This document shows positions 1 through 10,569 of a stretch of DNA of 64,000 nucleotides, piece by piece. Source of the DNA: an uncultured Rickettsiales bacterium (GTDB taxonomy: Bacteria > Pseudomonadota > Alphaproteobacteria > Rickettsiales > Rickettsiaceae); assembly GCA_903952265.1 (NCBI GenBank), contig CAJBEU010000001.1, forward strand, positions 51,992 through 115,991, given 5' to 3'. The position numbers and the translations under genes are program-made. Under the pieces are notes generated by a model. That model searched no databases, was not told where the DNA came from, and saw only the letters and a list, made by a program, of their open reading frames with translations. The stretch's first letter is position 1. Each line of letters opens with the position of its first letter.

Positions 1-3000
1 GATAAAATTCTAAAAGGGGCAGGGCGTAGACCACTAAAGTCTATAGCCGATATGCTAAAAGGTAAGCACGGAAGATTTAGGCAAAATCTTTTAGGAAAAA
101 GGGTGGATTATTCTGGAAGATCGGTGATTGTGGTTGGGCCTAAGCTAAAATTACATCAGTGCGGCATACCAAAGCGTATGGCTTTGGAGCTTTTCAAACC
201 TTTTGTTTACGCAAGACTTGTAGGATATGGTCTTGCAAGCACGATTAAGGCTGCCAAAAAGATGGTCGAAAGTGCAAAACCTGAAGTTTGGGACATATTA
301 GAGGAAGTAATTTGTGAGCATCCTGTTTTACTAAATCGTGCTCCTACTTTACATAGATTGGGTATTCAGGCCTTTGAGCCCGTGCTTACTGAAGACCAGG
401 CTATTCATTTGCATCCGCTTGTTTGTACTGCTTTCAACGCAGACTTTGACGGAGATCAAATGGCTGTCCATATTCCTCTTTCAATCGAGGCTCAGGTTGA
501 ATCTCGAGTTTTAATGATGTCTTCTAACAACATTTTGAGTGCTGCAAATGGAAGTCCTGTGACGGTTCCTGATCAAGATATCGTGTTAGGCCTGTATTAT
601 ATGACAATGGCAATTGCCTCTGATTCTCTTAAAGCTTTTGGGTCTGTAGAAGAGATAGAGTACGCGATGCAGTTTGAGGCAAATCTAGGGTTACACACAA
701 AAATATTGTATAGAATGAAAAACTCAGAGGGAAAGAACTCTCTAGTTGAGACTACTTTGGGAAGATTATATCTATTTAATTTACTACCAAATCACCCTGA
801 GCTACCTTTTTCTTTAGTGAATAAACTTGTTTCCAAAAAGGATATTTCAAATTTGGTGCGAATTGTTCATAGATGTTGTGGTCCAAAAGCCACTGTGGTT
901 TTTCTGGATCAAGTGATGGCGCTTGGATTTAAATATTCTTGTCAATCTGGTATTTCTTGGGGAATGGACGATATGGTAGTGCCTGTTTCTAGAATGGAAT
1001 ATATTAATGAGACGCAAAAAGAGGTTGGAGAGTTTGAATCTCAATATAATGATGGGTTAATTACTCAAGGGGAAAAATACAACAAGACTCTTGACTCTTG
1101 GTCTCAGTGTACGGAGCGGGTGACGGATGCTCTAATGAAAACTATAGAGTTTAAAGACGGAGCAATCAACAGCACTCAAGACGTTAACTCTGTATATATT
1201 ATGGCTGACTCTGGTGCTAGAGGATCTGTTGCCCAAATCAAGCAGATATCTGGTATGAGGGGGTTGATGGCAAAACCTTCTGGTGAAATTATGGAAACTC
1301 CTATTATCTCCAATTTTCGAGATGGACTTACCGTGTTTGAGTACTTTAACTCTACTCACGGAGCAAGAAAAGGTTTGGCTGATACTGCTTTAAAAACTGC
1401 TAACTCTGGTTACTTAACTAGACGTCTTGTTGATGTATCTCTGGATTGTGTTGTCACCAAAGATGATTGCGGCACAGAAAACGGGCTACTGATTCGTAAT
1501 TTGTTTAGTGATGGAAGAATTATTATATCTTTAGAGGAACGGATTTTGGGTAGGGTTGTTGCACAAGATATTTTTGACTCAAAAGGGAGCTTGATTATAT
1601 CAAAGGGAGGTCTTTTAGAAGGACATCACCTTCCTGTTTTATCAGAAGCCGGAGTTCAAAATGTTAAGGTTAGGTCAGTTTTGACATGTCAGAACACCAA
1701 GGGAGTATGTGCTGCATGTTATGGTAAAGATCTTTCGACTGGAAGATTGGTTTCTGTAGGTTCTGCAGTAGGAGTAATTGCTGCTCAATCAATTGGAGAG
1801 CCAGGTACACAGCTTACTATGAGAACCTTCCATATAGGTGGTGCTGCAACTCGTTCTGTTGAGGCATCCTCTCTGGAAAGTAGCGTATCTGGAAAACTCA
1901 ACGTTGAAGATGGGCAGTGGAGTATCAATTCTTTAGGCCAAAAGGTTATTATAAACAGATCTTGTGAAATCTTTGTAACTTCAAATGAAGGCAAAGAGCT
2001 TGCAAGGTATAGAACTCCGTATGGATCTGTTTTACTCAAAAATGCGGGAGATCACGTAGAGGTTGGGGATAAGTTATCTGAATGGGACGCATACACAGTT
2101 CCTATTGTTGCAGACTCTGAAGGGGTTGTGTCTTTTGTGGACATGATAGAAGGAGTAACAATTAGAAGTACTACCGATCTTGATACAGGAGTGTCCAAGA
2201 AAATTGTTATAGAGAGCAGGGGTGCTTCTAACTTTGCTCCTAGAGTGGAGATTCATGCCCTAGTTGCTGCAAAGCGTACTTCAGTATCCTATATTCCTAT
2301 TAACTCAATGCTTTTGGTTGAGAACGGAGAATCGATAAAAGCTGGGGATGTAATCGCTCGTGTTCCAAAAGAATTTACAAAGACTAGGGATATTACAGGC
2401 GGACTACCTCGTGTTGCCGAAATTTTTGAAGCCAGAAAACCTAAAGATTACTCTTTGATGGCAGAGTTTGATGGGGTGATAGAGTTTGGTAAAGACTATA
2501 GAAGTAAAAGAACAGTAATTCTACGCAGAGAAGATGGAATTGGTGAAATTGAGTATGTTGTACCTAAAGACCGATATATTTCCGTTACTGATGGAGAGAT
2601 GGTAAAGAGGGGCAACGTCATAGTTGACGGGCAGCCAGTTCTACAAGACATCTTGCGAATAAAAGGAGTAGAGGCTCTTGCCGAGTATATGGTCTCTGAA
2701 ATTCAAGCTGTATATAGGCTTCAAGGAGTTAAAGTGGACGATAAGCATATAGAGATTGTGATAAAGCAAATGCTTCAAAAGATTCAAATTACAGATCCAG
2801 GAGATACCACTTTCTTTGCAGAAGAAAGAGTAGACTGTAGGGAATTTGACATTGTCAATGCCAAAATGTTAGCTAGAGGCATGCGTCCTGCTAAAGGGCA
2901 GATTGTGATTTCTGGTATAACCAAAGCTGCAACTCAGACGAGCTCATTTATTTCTGCTGCTGCGTTTCAGGAAACAACTAGAGTTTTGACAGATGCTGCG

Positions 3001-3126
3001 ACTTCTGAAAGAGTGGATGAGTTAGAAAGTATCAAAGAGAGCGTTATTACTGGCAGACTGATTCCAGCAGGAACTGGATTTTTTATCAGAAATTTGAAAA
3101 AAGTTGAACAAGATCTTGTTGAATGA
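1..3126 (+). CDS. rpoC: DNA-directed RNA polymerase beta' subunit, C-terminal ~1040 aa (5' end lies outside the window)
   Basis: Frame 1 is open from base 1. Translation contains [16 protein letters not shown] and the catalytic [12 protein letters not shown] motif. ORF track 52..3126. Confidence 0.97.
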   Translation, partial: DKILKGAGRRPLKSIADMLKGKHGRFRQNLLGKRVDYSGRSVIVVGPKLKLHQCGIPKRMALELFKPFVYARLVGYGLASTIKAAKKMVESAKPEVWDILEEVICEHPVLLNRAPTLHRLGIQAFEPVLTEDQAIHLHPLVCTAFNADFDGDQMAVHIPLSIEAQVESRVLMMSSNNILSAANGSPVTVPDQDIVLGLYYMTMAIASDSLKAFGSVEEIEYAMQFEANLGLHTKILYRMKNSEGKNSLVETTLGRLYLFNLLPNHPELPFSLVNKLVSKKDISNLVRIVHRCCGPKATVVFLDQVMALGFKYSCQSGISWGMDDMVVPVSRMEYINETQKEVGEFESQYNDGLITQGEKYNKTLDSWSQCTERVTDALMKTIEFKDGAINSTQDVNSVYIMADSGARGSVAQIKQISGMRGLMAKPSGEIMETPIISNFRDGLTVFEYFNSTHGARKGLADTALKTANSGYLTRRLVDVSLDCVVTKDDCGTENGLLIRNLFSDGRIIISLEERILGRVVAQDIFDSKGSLIISKGGLLEGHHLPVLSEAGVQNVKVRSVLTCQNTKGVCAACYGKDLSTGRLVSVGSAVGVIAAQSIGEPGTQLTMRTFHIGGAATRSVEASSLESSVSGKLNVEDGQWSINSLGQKVIINRSCEIFVTSNEGKELARYRTPYGSVLLKNAGDHVEVGDKLSEWDAYTVPIVADSEGVVSFVDMIEGVTIRSTTDLDTGVSKKIVIESRGASNFAPRVEIHALVAAKRTSVSYIPINSMLLVENGESIKAGDVIARVPKEFTKTRDITGGLPRVAEIFEARKPKDYSLMAEFDGVIEFGKDYRSKRTVILRREDGIGEIEYVVPKDRYISVTDGEMVKRGNVIVDGQPVLQDILRIKGVEALAEYMVSEIQAVYRLQGVKVDDKHIEIVIKQMLQKIQITDPGDTTFFAEERVDCREFDIVNAKMLARGMRPAKGQIVISGITKAATQTSSFISAAAFQETTRVLTDAATSERVDELESIKESVITGRLIPAGTGFFIRNLKKVEQDLVE

Positions 3127-3214
3127 TCGAATAATGATTTGAGTGATTGGCAAATTAATAGGATAATTGACCTGGTTTCATATTTATATCAAGACCTTTG
3201 AAAACTAGGTGAGT

Positions 3215-3235
3215 CGTGGAAGATCTGCTTCCACG
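3215..3235 (+). terminator. Perfect 8-bp hairpin (CGTGGAAG-ATCTG-CTTCCACG) downstream of rpoC; possible weak terminator or processing site
   Basis: Inverted repeat read directly from the sequence. No clean T-run follows, so intrinsic-terminator status is uncertain. Confidence 0.3.
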
Positions 3236-3260
3236 GTTCTAATTGACAAGATTGTTTTTT

Positions 3261-5003
3261 ATGTCTGACTCGCGTTCTATTGCATCTCCTTCTGCTTCTT
3301 ATTCTACTAAAGCAAATGGGCAAAATTTATTTCAGCAGCATTTGCTTGAGGTAAAGAAAGCTCTTTTGATTGTTTTTGGATTTTCCTTTTGTGTGAATTT
3401 GCTTGGGCTAATAACTCCTTTATACTCTTTGCAAATTTTAGATAGGGTTTTGGGTAGCGGCAATTTACAGACTTTGCTGATGCTTAGCCTTATTATGGGG
3501 TTGATACACTTTGTCATAGGGCTGCTACAGATTGCTAGGTCTTTTACTCTAATTAAGATTGGCAATTGGTTAGACAGCAACATCTCTCATCTTCTATTTC
3601 GTAGAGTCGTTTCTAATGCTGCAATTAACAAAACGATGGCTGGAGGCCAAATTTTAAGGGATTTTCAAGTGGTTAAAATGTTTTTAACTAGTGTAGGAAT
3701 AAATACTATATTTGACGCTCCTTGGACGATTGCTTATCTTATTGCTCTTTATCTTATTCATCCCTACATGTGTGTAATAGCTGTGGTTGGTGCTATTCTC
3801 ATAGTGAGTTTTGCCTTTTTCAACGCTTTTGCGACAAAATCTATTCTACAAAAATCTACTGAAAATTCTAATAAGAGTGTCAACAATTTAGAAATGGCTA
3901 CTCGTAATGCAGAAGTCATAGAGTCTATGGGGATGATGACAAATGTAGCCTCTGTTTGGAGAAAATATCAAATGCAAGCTTTGGACACTCAGTGTGTTGC
4001 AAGTTATAGGAACGGAATTATTTCAAATATTTCTGGATTCATTCGTAGTGCAATTCAGATGGCAGTTACTGCATTTGCGGCTTTTGTTATCGTTAGAACA
4101 CAAAGCGTTGATATGACGACGGGAGGAATGATAGCAAGCTCAATTTTGGTGGGTAAGGCTTTAGCTCCATTTAATAACTTCATTGGATTGTGGCAAAATA
4201 TTAATGATGCAATAAAAGCTTATGGCAGGGTAAATGCTGTACTAGATGCTCCAGACCTTAGGGACTTAGCAATGCCAATCGCAGTAGATCAAGGTGTTTT
4301 AATTGCTGAAAAGGTCTTTTTTTATTATCCGTCTGTTGGTGCTGCAAAGTACACACTACAGGACGTATCTTTTATAGTAGAGCCAGGTGAAATTTTAGCT
4401 ATCATCGGATCGAGTGCTAGCGGTAAGTCTACTATGGCTAAATTGTTAACTGGGATTTGGAAACCAGCTTATGGCACGATACGTGTGGATGGCTTGGAGG
4501 TATATAAGTGGCATAGAGAGACTTTTGGGTCACGCATTGGATATTTGCCTCAAGATGTAGAGCTTTTTAGTGGAACAGTATCAGAGAATATAGCTCGTAT
4601 GAGTACAGAATTTAATCCAGAGGATGTGATAAATGCGGCAAAGTCAGCTGGAGCACACGAATTAATTTCACGTTTGCAAGACGGGTATGACACAGACGTT
4701 GGTATTGGCGGCTCTAAATTGTCTGGAGGCCAAAGGCAACGCATAGCCTTAGCTCGTGCGTTTTATGGTAATCCCAAACTTTTAGTGCTGGATGAGCCAA
4801 ACGCAAATCTTGATACAGAAGGAGAAGAGGCTCTTGCAAGAGCCTTAGTGAAAGCTAAAGAGTTCAATATATCTTCAATATTTGTGTCTCATAGGTCATC
4901 TATATTGTCCATAGCTGACAAAATACTTGTTCTAAATTCGGGAATTGTTACCGCTTATGGCCCTGCTCAAGATGTTTTGGCAAGCATGGTGAGTGAAAAT
5001 TGA
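3261..5003 (+). CDS. Type I secretion system ABC transporter (permease + ATPase), PrtD/AprD-type
   Basis: N-terminal multi-TM domain plus an ABC ATPase. Walker A GSSASGKST, signature LSGGQRQRIALARA, Walker B LLVLDEP. No N-terminal C39 peptidase domain. Followed by an HlyD-family gene. ORF track starts at TTG 3243; first ATG is at 3261. Confidence 0.85.
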   Translation: MSDSRSIASPSASYSTKANGQNLFQQHLLEVKKALLIVFGFSFCVNLLGLITPLYSLQILDRVLGSGNLQTLLMLSLIMGLIHFVIGLLQIARSFTLIKIGNWLDSNISHLLFRRVVSNAAINKTMAGGQILRDFQVVKMFLTSVGINTIFDAPWTIAYLIALYLIHPYMCVIAVVGAILIVSFAFFNAFATKSILQKSTENSNKSVNNLEMATRNAEVIESMGMMTNVASVWRKYQMQALDTQCVASYRNGIISNISGFIRSAIQMAVTAFAAFVIVRTQSVDMTTGGMIASSILVGKALAPFNNFIGLWQNINDAIKAYGRVNAVLDAPDLRDLAMPIAVDQGVLIAEKVFFYYPSVGAAKYTLQDVSFIVEPGEILAIIGSSASGKSTMAKLLTGIWKPAYGTIRVDGLEVYKWHRETFGSRIGYLPQDVELFSGTVSENIARMSTEFNPEDVINAAKSAGAHELISRLQDGYDTDVGIGGSKLSGGQRQRIALARAFYGNPKLLVLDEPNANLDTEGEEALARALVKAKEFNISSIFVSHRSSILSIADKILVLNSGIVTAYGPAQDVLASMVSEN

Positions 5004-5024
5004 GATAAATAAAAAACTAATTGT

Positions 5025-6524
5025 ATGACAGATAAAAGTCAGGATTTTAGAAGCCATGGTGCTTTACATAGCGGCATCATAGAAGAAAAAATCATCAAGA
5101 GAACTTTTTGGAAAGGTTATAGCAAAACCTTTGTGACCAAAGTATTAGAGATTTTTCAGGGTCTTCTTGTTTTTGTGGATCAGTTTGTAGATTTTATAAT
5201 TAATCGCAACGTTTCAAGGCTCAATGATGTGGTTGTTTATGCAAGACCTCCAATACTGTTTGGTTTGTACGTAATCTTTATTTTTATCATATGTGGAGGA
5301 TATTGGGCTGTTTTTGCACCTCTTGATAGCGCTGCTCATGCTAATGGTGTTGTTATTGCTACTGTGGATAAACAACGTATTCATCACGTGCAAGGAGGTA
5401 AGGTAAGAAAGATCTTTGTAAAGCAAGGGGACATAGTAAATGAAGGTCAAGTGTTGATGGAACTATGTTCTCCAGAAGCTAGGGCCAATTATGAAATCTA
5501 CTTAAATAATTATTTAGACGTTCTTGCTTGTCAAAACAGGCTTGTTGCTCAAAGAGATGGTGCGGCTCAGATAGCCTTTGATGAAATGCTGGTTAAAAAT
5601 AGCAAGCAGGAGAGAATCGAAAAACTACTCTCTATTCAAAATAAAATTTTTCGTGAGATGCAAGACTCTCATAAAAATAAAATCAATTTGCACCAGCAAG
5701 AAATACAAAAATGCATTCAAAAACGTGACTCCTTAAATGCTCAAATAGAATATGCTAAAGAAAATTTTAAGTTTGTTACTGAGCAACTAAAGGTGAGTTT
5801 GCAGCTGGAAAAAGATGGTTTTGCTTCCAGATCCGACTCTGAAAAATTGCTTTCCGAACAAGCAAGGGGCAAATCTATTCTTGCGGATAATCTTGCTAAT
5901 CAAGCCAACTTAGAAAAGGAAATTTTGTGTCTTGAGATCAAAATTCAGGAAGAGCACAACAATAGGTTTCACTCGATATTAAGAGAGCTAAAGGAGACTC
6001 AAAGTAAATTATCCGAGGTTAAAGAGCAGTATAACAGAGTGAAAGAAACTTTTGATTCTCAAATTATAGTATCACCGATGCGAGGTGTTGTGACTTACCT
6101 AGTGAGAAAGTCTCTGATTCACCCTCAGTCTGAGATTGGTGGAGTTACTCCAATAAGGAGTCATTTGGTTGTAGAAGCTAAAGTTTCACCTCAAGACATT
6201 GGTTCTGTGCGCGTGGGGCAGCAATGTAAGGTAAAATTTACAGCTTTTAAATCAAGAACTTCTCCTTTATTTAATGGTGTAGTGACTTCTATTTCTCCAG
6301 ATACTATGGAAGAGATTGGTCCTAGAGGAGAAAGAGCGCAATTATACGTTGCAAGATTGGAGATGGATAAAAAAGAGTTGGATGAATTCTTAGAGCCTCG
6401 TGGTATGGAACTAATTCCAGGAATGCAGGCATCTGTAAACATTGTTACCGGTACCAGAAGTTTATTTAGGTACTTGATGGATCCTGTGTTAGATCAGACG
6501 TTTAAAGCATTTAAGGAAAGATAG
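5025..6524 (+). CDS. Type I secretion membrane fusion protein (HlyD/PrtE/AprE family)
   Basis: One N-terminal TM helix, a long coiled-coil middle and a C-terminal beta region ending TGTRSLFRYLMDPV, as in HlyD-family adaptors. Lies 21 nt after the ABC gene. Confidence 0.85.
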   Translation: MTDKSQDFRSHGALHSGIIEEKIIKRTFWKGYSKTFVTKVLEIFQGLLVFVDQFVDFIINRNVSRLNDVVVYARPPILFGLYVIFIFIICGGYWAVFAPLDSAAHANGVVIATVDKQRIHHVQGGKVRKIFVKQGDIVNEGQVLMELCSPEARANYEIYLNNYLDVLACQNRLVAQRDGAAQIAFDEMLVKNSKQERIEKLLSIQNKIFREMQDSHKNKINLHQQEIQKCIQKRDSLNAQIEYAKENFKFVTEQLKVSLQLEKDGFASRSDSEKLLSEQARGKSILADNLANQANLEKEILCLEIKIQEEHNNRFHSILRELKETQSKLSEVKEQYNRVKETFDSQIIVSPMRGVVTYLVRKSLIHPQSEIGGVTPIRSHLVVEAKVSPQDIGSVRVGQQCKVKFTAFKSRTSPLFNGVVTSISPDTMEEIGPRGERAQLYVARLEMDKKELDEFLEPRGMELIPGMQASVNIVTGTRSLFRYLMDPVLDQTFKAFKER

Positions 6525-7127
6525 GTCCAGAGGGGCTTTCTACCGCTTTTGTTCACCTATTAGCTCATGGCCCCAGCCTGGTTCTTAGAGAATTCGGTCT
6601 GCTCCTTAATACAAGGTGCATCTTGTAGTTTTGGTAGCCTAGAAAAGTTCCGTGGCCTTATAAAGGTCTAGACAAACTCTGTGGAAATTTACGTTTTTTT
6701 TCTGGCCTATAGCAAGCTAGAAATTTGTTAAAGTTTTTTTTGATCAAAGCCTTGCTGCGTTTAAATATTTTTTGAGCAGCAAGCTAAAAGCTTCGTTATT
6801 AAAAATTTTTGCTCCTTATGCAAAAAGATTATGCCAAGTTAAACTGAGCTTTTTATAAAGCTCCACTTAGGGATTTCGAATCTTTAAGCCAAATGCTGGC
6901 AATTTTATTGAAAAACCAGAGTGTACAACTGATTGGCCGAACTTTGAGATAAGGTACGGTATTTTAATAAGTTTCGTGAAACTCAAAAGGATCATAGACT
7001 AGAAATTGAAGAAAATCACAAAGGTTTATCAGCCTTGAGAGGGTTAGATGCTTGACGCACTAGGAGGAAAACCTGAATTCTGATGCATTCGAAATACTTT
7101 GAGCCAAAAGTATTCTATTTTTTTGAG

Positions 7128-7201
7128 TTGCGGAGGCAGGATTCGAACCTACGACCTTTAGGTTATGAGCCTAACGAGCTTCCAGACTGCTCCACTCCGC
7201 G
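7128..7201 (-). tRNA. tRNA-Met(CAU), most likely initiator tRNA-fMet; CCA not encoded
   Basis: Reverse complement folds as a 74-nt cloverleaf: CGCGGAG/TG/GAGC-AGTCTGGAA-GCTC/G/TTAGG-CTCATAA-CCTAA/AGGTC/GTAGG-TTCGAAT-CCTGC/CTCCGCA/A. The C1 x A72 mismatch is the bacterial initiator hallmark. Confidence 0.9.
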
Positions 7202-7251
7202 TCACAAGGAGTTTTTAGCACGTAAAGTGCTAAACTGCAAGTTTATTAGCA

Positions 7252-7467
7252 CTAAAAAGAGAGTCCTGCGAATTTTTTCTTGAAAGCATTAACACTTTTG
7301 CTTGTTGCTTGAGAATCTGTAAGACCCTTACCGGTCCACGCCGGATGTTCTCTAAAATCTACGTCCATCAAAAACTCAGCTCCTTTGTATGTAGATTTAG
7401 TCTCAAATGTATCTTTTCCTATTCTGATCTTAACAGTGGTGTAAGATGGATGAATGTCTTTTTTCAT
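7252..7467 (-). CDS. rpmE: 50S ribosomal protein L31
   Basis: 71 aa starting MKKDIHPSY, with typical L31 length and N-terminus. Confidence 0.93.
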   Translation of the reverse strand: MKKDIHPSYTTVKIRIGKDTFETKSTYKGAEFLMDVDFREHPAWTGKGLTDSQATSKSVNAFKKKFAGLSF

Positions 7468-7507
7468 TAAAATTTACCTAAACAATAGCAAGTGGGTGAA
7501 GTCTATT

Positions 7508-7789
7508 TTACGATTTTTTTGAGATCAGGACTTTCTTTATTTCTATCGCTTTTTTAGAAAGTAATGAATCTTTTGCTTGCAATAGATAGTTGTCAAGTCC
7601 ACCTTTGAGTTCTACGGTCTTTAAAGCATTGGGAGTAATTCGCATTTTTACAAATATCTTTAGCGAATCGCTAAACAATCTTTTTTCATGTAGGTTAGGT
7701 CTAAATGTACGGCTGGTTTTGCGTTCTGAGTGAGAAACGTTATGACCATAACGCACACTGGTTGATGTAAGTTCGCAAATTCTGGACAT
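7508..7789 (-). CDS. rpmB: 50S ribosomal protein L28
   Basis: 93 aa, MSRICELTS..RYGHNVSHSERKTSRTFRPNL, typical of L28. Directly upstream of rpmE. Confidence 0.93.
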   Translation of the reverse strand: MSRICELTSTSVRYGHNVSHSERKTSRTFRPNLHEKRLFSDSLKIFVKMRITPNALKTVELKGGLDNYLLQAKDSLLSKKAIEIKKVLISKKS

Positions 7790-7900
7790 ATTGCCTACCT
7801 AGTGTTAATAGAAATGAAACCACTATAGCTTGGTATGTTACATAACAAATGCTTTAGGGTCAAGAGTCGCTATGATGAATATGGAGGTAGCTTCGTCAAC

Positions 7901-10426
7901 ATGAAAGAATACAAATCAGTAGCAGAATTTAAAAAGGATCATAGTTATGATTTGCTAAACCCCATGATGCGTCAGTATGTGGACATTAAGGCTACTTGTC
8001 AGGACAGTCTTTTATTATTTCGCCTTGGAGATTTTTACGAGCTATTTTTTAAAGATGCCGAAATTGCAAGTTCTGTTTTGAATTTGGTTTTGACAAGCAG
8101 AGGTAAGGCTTTGGATGAGATTGAAATTCCAATGTGCGGAGTTCCTTATCATGCACTAGAAGGATATTTAGCTAAGCTAGTTGCAGAGGGCTTTACTGTT
8201 GCTCTGTGCGAACAGCTAGAATCTCCCTTGGAGGCTAAAAAAAGGGGAGGAAGTAAAGCCTTAGTAAAAAGAGAGATAGTGAGGATTTTTACGCCAAGCA
8301 CAATCATAGAGGAGTCTATGGTAGACACGGCTCTGCCTAATTATCTCATTTCTTTAGTTGTTAAAGATAGCTCTGATCAGTGTACTTTGTGTTGTGTAGA
8401 CCTTGGGGCTTGTGACATTGTTGTGCTTGACGTAGAAGCTATCAGTATTGCCTCCGAACTTGAAAAGCTGCAGCCAAAAGAGTTGATTATAAGTAAACGT
8501 GACGTTGAAAATGGTAATCTAAACAAAATATTGGAGCCGTTTGGAAGAAAATTACTAATTCAAGATAATAGTTGGTTTGCTGTTAGCAAATCAATCAGGG
8601 TAATACAGGATTTTTACGAAATTGCTTCAATAGAGGCAATAGGTCAGCTGAGCAAGAGCCAAATTCAAAGTGTAGGAGTTGTTCTTGAATATCTAAATAT
8701 TACACAAAAAACGCGTGGGGCTTTACCTATGCCTCAAATTATCAACACTTCTGATTTTATGAGCGTGGACCTTGCAACGCAGCGCAATTTAGAGATCACC
8801 TCTTCCAACTCAGAGTCTGGCATTAGTCTGTTTTCGATTTTAAATCGCACTGTTACTAAAGCCGGAAGTCGTTTATTGTATAAATATCTTAAAAACCCCC
8901 TCTCTATAATCGATAAAATTAACGAAAGATTAAAAGTTACGGAATTTTTTTACATTAACGAGCCGTTATCAAAAAAAATACACAGTTACCTTCATCTGAC
9001 AGGAGATCTAGAAAGATCTTTGACAAAAATATCGCTGCATAGATTTGGGCTGCAAGATTTTCTTACAATCAAAACAGGTATTCAAATTGGAAGCAAAATT
9101 AAAGAAACTTTTAACAAGTTAGTTGATCTGGACATACCAATTTTGCTGAAAAATATAATTAAGGATATTGTGGACATATCAGAACTGTACAACGAAATTG
9201 ATTCCTCCATCAAAAAGGAAAATCTGCCTATAAATTTAAATGATGGAGGTTTTATTTGCCCTAATTATCACTCAAGACTTTCCAATTTAAATGCCCTACT
9301 CAAACAAAATGCTGAGGAACAGAATTTATTGAGGCTTAAGTACGCAAAAATTACTGGTATTGAGAATCTGAAAATTCAGCAAAATAATCTCATGGGTTTT
9401 TTTATTGAGGTTCCACAAAAACAAGCCCACAAGGTGGATACAAATCTTTTTGTGCACAAACAAACTACTACCACATCCGTGCGCTTTAGCACAAAAGAAC
9501 TTACAGAATTGGAGGTCAATTTTAGAGAAACCAAACATCAGGCTGTAGCTTTAGAGCATGAAATTTTGGTCAGCATAGCTGAGAAAATTAAATCTCAATC
9601 GGATAAAATACGTCTTTTAGGGGGAGCGTTTGCTCGTCTGGATGTATTTTGTGCGCTTGCAAGCGTTGCAAAGACTATGGATTACGTGATGCCAACCCTT
9701 AAGGCTAAAGGATCAACTTATATTCAAAGGGGCAGACACCCAGTGATAGAGAGTGTTCTTGGACGTTCTGGAGACTGTTTTGTTGCCAATGACTGCATAT
9801 TTGATGAAGAAAAAAACGTGTGGCTTATTACCGGTCCAAACATGGGTGGAAAAAGCACATTTATGAGGCAAAATGCTCTTATAATTTTTATGGCTCAATT
9901 GGGTTCTTTTGTACCAGCCCAAACTGCTGAAATCAAAATAGTGGACAAGCTTTTTTGTAGAATAGGGGCAAATGATGCACTCTCTAAAGGACAATCTACC
10001 TTCATGGTAGAAATGTGCGAAACCTCTTCTATTTTAGCTCAAGCTACTCCTGGATCTTTAATAGTTCTTGATGAGGTAGGTAGAGGTACTTCTACTTATG
10101 ATGGCATCGCAATTGCAGCAGCTTGTGTTGAATACATAGCAAAAAAACTTGGAAGTAGGTGTCTGTTTGCCACTCACTACCATGAGTTAACTCAGCTAGC
10201 ATCAGTGTTGCCTGGCGTGTCTAACTATACTGTTGAGGTAAAAGAATTTGATGAGAAAATTACCTTTCTGTACTCTATCGTTTCTGGTACAGCTGATAAA
10301 TCTTATGGAGTTCATGTTGCCAGGATTGCTGGCCTTCCTGCCTCTGTGTTAAACAGAGCAAATGCTATATTAACCAAATTAGAGATACAGCATACAGCAG
10401 TTCAGCTTTGCAATAGTCTCGATTGA
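7901..10426 (+). CDS. mutS: DNA mismatch repair protein MutS
   Basis: NPMMRQY..FRLGDFYELF N-terminal mismatch-binding motif. Walker A GPNMGGKST, STFMVEM, DEVGRGTSTYDG. ORF track begins at 7835; ATG 7901 gives the usual N-terminal length. Confidence 0.95.
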   Translation: MKEYKSVAEFKKDHSYDLLNPMMRQYVDIKATCQDSLLLFRLGDFYELFFKDAEIASSVLNLVLTSRGKALDEIEIPMCGVPYHALEGYLAKLVAEGFTVALCEQLESPLEAKKRGGSKALVKREIVRIFTPSTIIEESMVDTALPNYLISLVVKDSSDQCTLCCVDLGACDIVVLDVEAISIASELEKLQPKELIISKRDVENGNLNKILEPFGRKLLIQDNSWFAVSKSIRVIQDFYEIASIEAIGQLSKSQIQSVGVVLEYLNITQKTRGALPMPQIINTSDFMSVDLATQRNLEITSSNSESGISLFSILNRTVTKAGSRLLYKYLKNPLSIIDKINERLKVTEFFYINEPLSKKIHSYLHLTGDLERSLTKISLHRFGLQDFLTIKTGIQIGSKIKETFNKLVDLDIPILLKNIIKDIVDISELYNEIDSSIKKENLPINLNDGGFICPNYHSRLSNLNALLKQNAEEQNLLRLKYAKITGIENLKIQQNNLMGFFIEVPQKQAHKVDTNLFVHKQTTTTSVRFSTKELTELEVNFRETKHQAVALEHEILVSIAEKIKSQSDKIRLLGGAFARLDVFCALASVAKTMDYVMPTLKAKGSTYIQRGRHPVIESVLGRSGDCFVANDCIFDEEKNVWLITGPNMGGKSTFMRQNALIIFMAQLGSFVPAQTAEIKIVDKLFCRIGANDALSKGQSTFMVEMCETSSILAQATPGSLIVLDEVGRGTSTYDGIAIAAACVEYIAKKLGSRCLFATHYHELTQLASVLPGVSNYTVEVKEFDEKITFLYSIVSGTADKSYGVHVARIAGLPASVLNRANAILTKLEIQHTAVQLCNSLD

Positions 10427-10487
10427 CTTATTTAAACAATATACTTGAAATAATTTAACAATTTTTGACAAAAATTTTACTTGATCT

Positions 10488-10516
10488 CTTGAACTTTAAA
10501 TGTGGGTTTCTATATA
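10488..10516 (+). promoter_or_regulatory. Putative RpoH (sigma-32)-type heat-shock promoter of groES-groEL
   Basis: CTTGAA (10488-10493), 16-nt spacer, CTATATA (10510-10516). This matches the alphaproteobacterial sigma-32 pattern CTTGAA-N16/17-CnTATnT and sits about 55 nt upstream of groES. Confidence 0.4.
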
Positions 10517-10569
10517 GATCAATGTGACAGGTCACTTAATTAATAAACAAAATAAAAATGAGGTTTTTT

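Noticed and set aside
7083-7283. 66-aa plus-strand ORF
   Set aside because: It lies across the minus-strand tRNA-fMet (7128-7201) and the rpmE 3' end. It is explained by the tRNA sequence.
10427-10557. CIRCE/HrcA operator upstream of groES
   Set aside because: No TTAGCACTC-N9-GAGTGCTAA-like inverted repeat is present.
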